DNA of 64,000 bases from Spironucleus salmonicida (lineage: Eukaryota): the NCBI RefSeq assembly GCF_000497125.1, contig NC_090600.1:806001-870000 (forward strand). Reading direction: 5' to 3'. Numbering within the stretch: position 1 is the stretch's first letter; each line of letters opens with the position of its first letter. The translations under genes were made by a program, and so were the position numbers. Positions 54,506 to 64,000 of this stretch are shown here, one piece after another. The notes beneath the pieces were generated by a model. That model saw nothing but the letters and a program-made list of their open reading frames with translations. It ran no database searches and had not been told where the DNA came from.

Positions 54506-55530
54506 TTCTAATCTTATATTATGAGATGGTCATTATTTTGAATAATGGAATATATAGCTTATATATAATAAAATAGTTAAAAACAAATTGAAAATTATAA
54601 ATTTCGCCTCATCTATTCATGAATCTTCTCTAGCAGGTCTCAAGGGGGTTAATTAACCTAGAACCGTAACCTCCCCATCTTATTGCTCTAACTAGCCTTA
54701 CATACGTTTTAATCTTAAGTCATACTTCCGACAACATGCACATTAGACTGTTTGTGATAAAAACCCATACAAACCAACAAATAGAACCATTGCTATAATA
54801 GCTAATGAATCAAATAACCTGGCACCTTATTCTTACATTTTTAATGTTTATATATGTAAGTAATATAAGATATATTTTTATTTCATTTCCTAGTATTTTT
54901 AAACTGTTGACTAAATTACATAGTATGCACAAATATAAATTAACTTGCTAAAAAATTAGACTACATATAATATTAATAATCAAAATAGGTGCAAAACAAA
55001 AATAAATACATTTCATCACTTTAAACGTTTGATGCTAAGCGCTTCCAATCGTTACCGTTATGCGCGTACACCTGTACTCTCGATTATAGGTTTTTTCTCA
55101 GGATAGCGATCTACATATGCACCACCGTTAAAATGCATTTTAACAAAAGGAATTTATCTATCAATTACACGATAATTAAAATAAAGAGGTTATGATTATT
55201 TAACATGTGATTCTACATCATATCCTCGATGCTACGTCTTATAAAACATTTACTATGCCGATGTTGAGCGAGAAATATTAATATTCTAGCTTAGTTACTT
55301 TGAGTTGAAAAAGTTTGTCTAATTTAAAGTAAGCGTCTTAGACATTTATTTTAAGTAAACAGTCTTAGTTTATGGTGTTAAGTAAGGATCTAGTTGATTA
55401 AGCTACCGAATATTCATTTAGCAAAATGATAATATCAATAATACAAGTTATATTATATAATAAAAATGATATACTAATGCATTAAGAGTATTATATTATT
55501 AAGTTAATTAAAAATTTAACTTCTATAATC

Positions 55531-56769
55531 ATGCCATTTGACGATATTCCATCTATTTAAACAACCATTGCTGCCATTTCAGATAATTATAAAAATTATA
55601 TAATACCCTATCACATTGATCTATAATTAAACCCTCCTCCGATGCCTAACCGTCGTTTTACAATTTTAATTTTAGGTAATTAAAATGCAGGAAAATCCTC
55701 TTTTATTAACAATTGTATTGGTTAAAAACTGCTTAAAACTGGACATGGAGCCACAACAAACCATATCTCAATCATTATTCCAGGAGCATCACGTTAAACT
55801 TTGTCATTGAATTAAGCTCAGAATTTGGTGCCGTTTACCAATCTTCCCCCATAATCTACAGTTGAAATATTTGATGGTTATAAGAAAAATGACTAAGATC
55901 TATAGAATTCATAATTTTTATCATAAGTTTCAGCAATTTTTGAAGTTGAAAATTAACCAAAATCTATATCGCCTTTTATCTTCATTGATACGCCAGGATT
56001 CGTTGAAAAAACTGACTTTTAACCGCTTAAATAGCTAATTAAGCAAGTGGACTTAATTTTGCTTTTTGTAGAATCCTCTAAATTTTAGCTTACAAACTAG
56101 ACAATTGAATTAATTAATCATATAGTTAACAAAAACATTGATATGAAAATTATTCTTTCAAAAATTGATTTGGTAGGAAGTAAATTTGAGTATGTTTAAA
56201 ATGTTGTTTCCTGTAGTTAAATGATACAACGATGCATTCAATTTAAAGAATTTGATATCTATCCAATTACACTACCTAAATTTTCTTCTGCAAAATCTAA
56301 AGTTCAAAGCGAATTAAATGGGAGCGGTATGTCACTCGAAAAATTAGAAGCACCATTTATTGTAAGCAATTTCGACTGTTTGAAGGATTTTGAAGATGAA
56401 ATGGAAAATCAAATTATAATTTAATTCAGAAATTTGCTTGATAGGTTTAAAATTGACTGCAAAAATCTTAATAGAAGTATCAAGGACTACGAACAGACAT
56501 GTAAGTAGATCAAAAAATTTACTATAAAGATGTGGAGTTTAAGAGTATTTTTAATATGTTCTTTGATAGGAATAGTTATGATAAAATTTAATAAAAACAC
56601 CTAAATCTTTAGTAACTTAGTAATTATAAATATTATATCGTTGATAGCTAGTTTATTTATCTGGAAAAAACCCCTTGTTGGTATGCAAAAAATTGGTGAA
56701 ATGGAAAGCCTTGTTGATGGAAACTTGATGCAGTGCGTTAAAAAATTAGAGGCTGTTTAAATTGAGTGA
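55531..56769 (+). CDS. dynamin/EHD-like P-loop GTPase with C-terminal TM hairpin, 412 aa
   Basis: LGNQNAGKSSFIN, TGHGATT, FIDTPG, SKID; two hydrophobic segments near the C-terminus. Confidence 0.8.
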
Positions 56770-56867
56770 GGAAGTTCTGTTTTTTACTATATATTTTATG
56801 TAAGAATAATAGAATTTTCATCAAAATTTTGATACTGCACATTGAGTAAAATTTAATAAGGGATTTT

Positions 56868-57500
56868 TATAAATTTATTACGCTATCTGTGGGCTCGCGG
56901 CTGCCCACTGCGATGCTGAACAACCACTACACAGGGCTGCTGAGCTACACACGTAACGGGGCGCTGCGCGGAATGGTGATGCCGCTGTACGCGTTCGTGC
57001 AGGCGCACCACGCCGTGTGCCGCGGGGGGTCCTTCGCGATCTTCAGCGGCACCGTGCGCTCGCTTGCAATCATCGCCTCGTTCATCTGGATCTACTGCGC
57101 TGACCCCACTTATAATTTCAACTGCGTGTTCACTGTGCAGACCCTGACGATCCTGCTGCTCGCCATTGGCGGCCTCGTCCATCGCTTTGCCCTCGAGCGC
57201 CACGGGGGCCGGTTTGCCGAGGAGTCCGAGCGCGGCGAAGACCTGCCCAGCGCACCACGCACCCCGGTGAACAAGACGAAGGAACCTGTGGAGGAGCCGT
57301 TCGACACGGGGAACTTCCTCTCCAACCAGTCCGTGAACTTCCTGCAGCTGAGCAAGATTGGCGCCAACCGCAACACGAGCCTGCTGGAGAGCCTCGTGAA
57401 CAGCTCCTACGCCAAGACGCAGGTGATCAAGTCCAACCTCGAGGTTACCACGGACTCCTCGGACCACTCTAAGCCTGGCGGGCTGGATACCACGCAGTGA
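56868..57500 (+). pseudogene. 5'-truncated copy of the last ~210 codons of the MATE-like gene
   Basis: Matches 51881-52513 but lacks the first ~320 codons and the native promoter. Confidence 0.7.
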
Positions 57501-57910
57501 GGTATTTGTCACTATTCGCGGTTTTGGAGAAACGGGATTTTCGGTTTCTCTGGGTTGCGGCCAGGACCGCGAGCAGTGGTTCCCGCGGCGGCAGAATGAC
57601 GTCCCCGCTCAACTTCTTCACCTTCACCCCCGCCGGGTGCAACCTCGACTACATTCAGGTACCGCCGCGGAGCCCCCAGAAGCCCAGTCCTATGGTCAGC
57701 CAGTCCCCGCACCGGCAGCGGATCCGGCGCAACGCGGCCTCCATGCTGCTCCGGGGCGGCTTCCAGCTCCCGCCACAGCTGGGTGCGCTCCATACCGTGG
57801 AGACTCTCGGCTAGTCCGCCAGGCTGCCCTCGCTGCGCGCTCCCCTGCCTAGGCAGTTCTCAGACGGGCAGGTGCAGCCCGGTGCGGCGGGATTCTAGTG
57901 AACGAATGTC

Positions 57911-58123
57911 TCACTACGGCCCCTGCATCATGCTCTGGCTCGAGATGTCCCTGTTCCCCAGCAGCAGCGTCCCGTCCCCGTTGTCGTCCCGGTCGAGGCA
58001 GACCGTGCCCAGCGACTCTAGGTGGGGCAGGTCCTCCGCGATCGGCAGGAGCTTCGGCGCCCCGTACTCGTTGTCGGTGATCTGCCTCTGCTTTCGGGCC
58101 AGCGTCTTGCGGATGGAGCGCAT
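57911..58123 (-). CDS. small hypothetical protein, copy 2 (IR3)
   Basis: Identical to 51258-51470. Confidence 0.5.
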
Positions 58124-58750
58124 TCGGAATTTGGAACGGTCAAAATGTGCCTCGGCCGCGCGCGGGCGCGAACTCGGGGTTGGGCGCGGGGCGTGCTCTG
58201 CGCACTAGCAGATGACATCATGTCCATGCCACGAGTAGCCTACATGCGCTAATTATCACTATTATAGCTACAATGTCCCTTTACAGCAATGCTACTTTGG
58301 CTACCTGCCTTAAGATCCAGTTATAAGTCACACTGCTATCAGGCTATTTTACGCCTTAGCACTGAAAACCTAAATAGAGCTAAAGCTTAGTCCTCTTGTC
58401 TACACCGCTAAACTCATGCACGGATTCACCGCGTAGTATCATATGACGCATTCTAGCTTATAATTTGCTCAAACCTTTATACTCACCGGAAAACCTCATA
58501 ATTTATCTATTTTCACCAATTCCTGCACTACCTCGATACCCACGTTTTAAATATTTCAACCCTCCAAATTAGCTCATAATTAACCCCCACACAACCCCAT
58601 CCAACCCCCTCCACCCCCCTCCACACCCCAATTACCACCCACACCACAAACGTAAATTCCACATCCTTCGCCATTTTCTATTTTTATTTTCTATTATTAC
58701 ATACTATTATTATACATTAATTTTCACTATACCACATTTTCCCCTTCCAA

Positions 58751-61054
58751 ATGAATTTGGACCTGAGAATTTTTCTGCGCCATTTCGCGAACCAGGACAT
58801 CATCCAGCGCGGCTGGCACCGCCTGACCTTCCAGTTCTCGCACCCGATCGAGCTCGCGGGCGTCTCCCCGCTGATCCACGACTTCGTGGACCGGCGCGAC
58901 CCGTCGCGATTTTTCGACAGGGCGACCGATTTTTCGTACAATTCGGCCACAAATTCGATTTCCACTCCCTCTTTTCGCATCGAATTTTTCGACCAAATCG
59001 TCCAATTTTCGGCGCTGCTTTTGACGCGTTTGCGCCTCGCCACAACGAATTTCTCGCTCGAAATTTCGCTAAAACTCGATTTCACGCATTTTCCGAATTA
59101 GATTCCGGCCGCTGCGCCGAGCGTTTTTGCCACAACTTTCATACGCAAAATTCTACTGTAAAATATGCTAATCCCGTCGATTTAGCCGTTTTCCGAGTCG
59201 TTCCAGGACGTCCATTTCAGCGATTTCGAGCTCGTTTTCATGTGGCGAATTAGCAGCGCGCAGGGCGTCAAGAACGCGCAGAGCGTCCTCCTGCTGCAGG
59301 ATTACTGCTTCGAAATTTTTTACCGCGAGAGCTTCGAAAACGCGTTTCGGCAGCTTAAAAATATGAAGAATTGCGGGCAATTTCTGCTCTAGTACGCTGA
59401 GCAGAAAAAGCGCTATTCGCACGTTTTTAGCGATGCCGCGGAAGCGAAGAATTTCGCGAAATTGCAGCTTCAGCTGGTCCAGAAATTCCACTTTCTGCTG
59501 AACCAGGACGTCGCGGAAGTGAAAATTAGGCAAAAGCAGCAATAGCCGTCCTGCGTCGACTTTTTCGAGGACGAGCAGGTCTCGTCGCTGAGCGCTTCGA
59601 ATTTCGAGTTTTCGGAGCTCCAGGACGCGGTTTCCGTCGATTATCCGGGCGAAACGATTCAGAATAGCGAGAAATTCGCGGTGGTTAAAACTGATGGATT
59701 TCGCCGTAAGAACGTCTATGAGACGAAAAGTTAGCTGATTCTGAGGATCGATAGTGATAGCGAGAATTTTGGTGCGGAAAATGCTTAAAAATCAGGTTTT
59801 AGCGAGCAGAATAAGCTGGAAAATGAAGATAGCGAGTATTTAGTTGATAATGTGGGATAAATAGGGGTGGAAGGTGATGTTTAACAGTTATAGTGTGATG
59901 TTTAAGAGAAAGAACGTGATATTTAAAAGCAAAAACCTATCATTTAGCCCCAAAAAGGTGAAACTTAAGAGCAGTAATGTGTTATTTAACCCCAAAAACC
60001 TCTCTACATCGAGCAAATCGTCCCAGACGAAATCTTCTTCAAACAGCTCTTTAACGCGGCCCAGGACATCAGAATTAACGTGAAAACGTGCGTTTACCAG
60101 TCGGATTTCGCACTGCCTTTTCTCACGAAAATCGCGCAAAACGTCCCCTCAAAACAGGAATTTATCGGCCTTTTTGACGCCAAAACACAGAAATTCTTGA
60201 CCGAAAAATTCTCTCAGAAACCAAAGAAACTGCGAAACAACTTGATTGTCACAACATTTGTTCACGGTTTCTAGGGAAATTCCAACGATTTGCGCTATTT
60301 TAAGAATGTGATATAACAGCAGAACAAGGGTCCAAATCACCTGTTCCTGCTCGCCTCTAAGTTCTACAAGAACGCGGCGCCGACGGTTTCGATTTTCGAG
60401 CTCGGCTACCAGCTGGCGCTCGAAATAATACACTTTCTGGCCGAAAATAACGCTAGCATTTAGCAGCTCAAAAACATCAATTTCGTGGGGTTCTCGCTCG
60501 GAAATATCGTCGTTTAGGCTTGCATTTAGAGCAAAATTTTCGAGGATTTTCTGCCTTTTCTTGACTAAAATATCAGCATAAACGGGCCGCATTTGGGCGC
60601 TAATAGCGACAAATAGTTGGTCAATATGGGCATGTGCTTTTTGAAGTGTTTTAACAAGCAGCGGTGCATTTCTGAGCTTGAAAATCACCAAATTAGCGAT
60701 TTGCAGCGTTAAATTCCAAGATATAACGTTTTGTAAGCTGTTGATCAGACGGATTGCATGGAGTTAGTGAGTATCGGCAGTCTAGGATTTTTGTTTAATC
60801 GATAGGTTTTTATAGGAAGTCAGGGCGATGGTTACGTAAAATGCAGTTCAGCTGCATTGAATAATCGCAAGCTTTGGAAGCTTACTGGGAGCGGGGTCGG
60901 GTGTGAAAATTTGCAGTAGATAATATTGATTAATGCGAAAGAAAAATTCAAGAAAGGGCCATTTTTAGATGTTTAGACAGGAAGAAATGTGCATATTACG
61001 CCGTTAATTGATTTTTATACGATAGAACTTATAATTGACGCTTTGTGGTAGTGA
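58751..61054 (+). CDS. FAM135: FAM135-like protein (C-terminal DUF676 putative serine esterase), 767 aa
   Basis: LRHFANQDIIQRGW N-terminus; FVHGFQGNSNDLR; FVGFSLGN; NGPHLG; GSQGDGYV. Confidence 0.85.
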
Positions 61055-61444
61055 GTTCGTTTACCTGACTGATAATTTTATAGATTTTACAAGTAAATTA
61101 AAAAATTGGTTCGTAATGTAATTATCGCTGTAAATAATATAAACATAAGGTTTATATGTAAGGGATCTTTTTAGTGTGAGTTTATTTAATCTAGATTATC
61201 AACAAAATAAATTAATATATTATAATGATGCGTATAGTTTGAATATTTATTTTAGTATTATTTCTTATAGCGTTTAATTTATGTAATAATTTTAAGTTTG
61301 CTGTTAATCTCACTAAAATAACTCGATCAATATTTATTAATTACATATATATAAAGTATTGTATTCTTAAAAGTATTCAGTAAAAAAGGTAATGTAGTAT
61401 ATATATGCAAAGTATAAATATTGTCCTTATTTATTCTATCAAAA

Positions 61445-61726
61445 ATGAGAAAGATCTCGCTAAAGTCGAATAAATCTTTCAAGATAACCAGGAGTACATC
61501 ATATTCAAAATCTGCAAATTTGCTACCCCCTATCTCTACACCTCGCATCATGCTTAAGCAACTATCATGCAAAGATGTTAAGTAGAAGGAATTATTCAGA
61601 GAATCTATCGACTCCAAGACATTAGAATTGTCTACTACGGACGATGGTTATGATGATATGTACCTTGATAGTTGTTTACTCGAAAATGTAGATTAGGTAG
61701 AGTTAGATGATGAATTTATAGAATGA
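61445..61726 (+). CDS. small hypothetical protein, 93 aa (basic N-terminus, acidic C-terminus)
   Basis: MRKISLKSNKSF..LPPISTPR..ELDDEFIE*. Confidence 0.6.
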
Positions 61727-62192
61727 CGCCAATTCAGCCTAACTGTGATTTAGTTTATTCGACTGTAAATATATGATGATATGTAGACTAGTAATATAAA
61801 TGAAAATTTCTAAAATATTAATATTGATAGTTTTGCTTAAATTAAAAAAAAATACAACAAATTTGTTATTATCATTATCGATTAATCCAAAAATGTATGT
61901 TTTTTTTAAATTTTACCATAAATTTTTAGACAAAATTCGTAGATGATGAGTATTTAATCGATATAATTATATAAAGAATAAATTTGTTGTATGGAATATT
62001 TATATATAAATGCATTATTAATAATGATATAGTATCTTAATATACATTAATAATTTGACAATTCCAAACAAAAAAGTAACATTATTACAAGTAATAAAGT
62101 ATATATTCATTACAAATATATTTCAGATAAGTAGTAACTGTCTATTCATTATACAAATGAGTAATAAAAGATAATTAATGAAATTTAGCTGA

Positions 62193-63146
62193 TCACTTGC
62201 TAACAACATCATTTATGAAGAAGTTGAGCACAGCCATAGCAGACCAAAGTCTGTTACCAGCTTCAGTGTAGGCGATAGATTTAGGTCCATCCATTACACT
62301 AGCAGTTTACTCATCACCACGTTAAGCAGGAAGGCAATTCATGAATACAGAGTTAGTAGCAGTAAGAGCCATAGCTTCGTCATTGATCTGGAAAGGCATG
62401 AGGTGTTTATAACGTTCAGCCTTCTGATCTTTAGAGATGTGATAAGACATCCAAGAATCAGCATACATAATGTTAACACCAGCACAAGCTTTAATATCAT
62501 GAGCGATGGTACATTTACCACCGGAAATACGGTTAAGAGTGGCTACTTCATCAATGACTTCCTAAACTGGGGAATAATCTTTATGATCAGGGCAAATAAC
62601 AACCATTTCCATACCAAGCATGGCACAAGCACGCATAATATCATAGGTAACATTATTATAACAATCTCCAGAATAGCACATTCTAAGGCCCTTGAAGGAA
62701 CCAAAATGCATCTTGATTGTCATGAAGTCACACACCATTTAAAGAGGATGCGCCCAATCATCAAGAGCATTGATACAAGGAACAGAGGCAAATTTTGCGA
62801 GCTCAGTCATAGAAGCACGAGTGGGAAGACGGGCAGAAACGACGTCTACCATTCTGGAGATAACTTCAGCAGTATCCTACATGGTCTCTTTTACACCTAA
62901 GTTAGAATTAGCACCTAATTCATAGTAAATGCAGTGACCACCGAGGTTTGTCATGGCAGTCTCAAGAGAAATACGAGTACGAAGAGAAGGCTTGGCAAAG
63001 AAGGCTAAAAGTTACTTGCCAGAGCAAGATTTTTGATATTTCTCTGGGTTAATCTTCATATCAATAGCAGTATCAATAAGGCGTTCAAACTCAGCAGGAG
63101 CAAGAGATGAGATAGTAAGAAGATGTCTGGTATTCTTGTAAGGCAT
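62193..63146 (-). CDS. OTC: ornithine carbamoyltransferase (arginine dihydrolase pathway), 317 aa
   Basis: MPYKNTRHLLTIS..FFAKPSLRTR..HPLQ..DSWMS..NCLPA..EAGNRL. Confidence 0.96.
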
Positions 63147-64000
63147 TGGGAAGTGGTGACCAAATCTAGAAAAAAGATTTAAGAATATTATTTGTTAAAT
63201 TATTAATCTCTATTATTTCCCCCTCCATTATGTTCAAAAATATATATAAATATACCATAATTATTCTACTTATTTTGTGATTTTCTTAAATATGTGAGTA
63301 TGCCTCAAAAATAGTTTTTAAATAATGACATATAAAAAAATATTACAATATTAGTAAAAACTAATATATTTTTTAATTAATAAGTTTGTTCAAATATCAT
63401 AAAGTCTGTATTGCTCAAATAATTATAACTAGACTAATAATCATTACTAATCTCCACAATATTATCTGCCACTGTATTATTACTTATAAATTTATTTATA
63501 TAATCTGTCATTGGGTTTTATATTATTAATTATTCATATCCTGTAACTTTTTAATGCACTATATATTTATTTTATAAATAATAGTAATCCTACTTCATAT
63601 TGGGTTTATATAAAAGTCATACATTTAAACATTAATATTAATTGCTTAAGTATGATAAACATAGAAGAGATATTTAATATACTTTCACATTGCAATATCA
63701 TCATCGCTCACTATGAACCACTTAACCTATAACGAATAATTACTAACCAAATACAATATTATTATCTTATATATAACTCCAAAACTATGTATATTCTAGA
63801 TCATTTATTAGTACGTAAATATACTGAATTTACAATGGTTAGTGGGGGAAAGTGTTTTTATCTGAATCAGATAATTAATTCTTTTCTGCCATGATATCCT
63901 CAATACTCCGATTGGAAGGTCCAGGTACTACTCACGCGCACTTAATAACGGTTGCTGCAGGATGGACATTCATAAAATGATTCCTTTCTAAATGCGTAAT

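Larger units (their letters stand above)
56868..58207. repeat. inverted segmental duplication IR3, right arm (1340 bp)
   Basis: Reverse complement of 51198-52513 with an extra 24 bp. Confidence 0.96.

Noticed and set aside
54619-55430. Overlapping ORFs in the IR3 spacer
   Set aside because: No frame is clearly preferred; possibly a decayed gene, not called.
63900-64000. Minus-strand fragment YECPSCSNRYQVRVSSTW resembling a transposase zinc ribbon
   Set aside because: Too short, cut by the window edge and followed by stops.

Overview
Gene-dense, apparently intron-free eukaryotic DNA from a hexamitid diplomonad (Spironucleus/Hexamita-like; inferred from the code and gene content). It uses genetic code 6 (TAA/TAG = Gln, TGA = only stop), so the supplied standard-code ORF track fragments most genes; I re-read them by hand under code 6. 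Recognisable genes: NEK kinase, amino-acid transporter, PIG-L-like, CZIB/DUF866, divergent Hsp70/110, two E2 ubiquitin-conjugating enzymes, two tRNA-Ser(GCT), two cyst wall proteins, GET3, two cathepsin B-like proteases, degenerate GH77, SERF, Myb, PPP phosphatase, beta'-COP, MATE-like transporter, dynamin/EHD-like GTPase, FAM135 and OTC. Main observations: (1) three pairs of near-identical inverted segmental duplications (2.7, 1.2 and 1.3 kb arms), each enclosing a unique spacer; (2) two ~2080-aa paralogues that fuse a very large Cys-rich/EGF-like ectodomain to an SLC35F/DMT-like transporter and share near-identical tracts suggesting gene conversion; (3) a compact ~169-nt RNA with the hallmarks of RNase MRP RNA; (4) GC content switching sharply at a repeat boundary inside a gene; (5) further candidate structured RNAs and catalytically degenerate enzymes. 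All family assignments come from motif recognition, not database searches.
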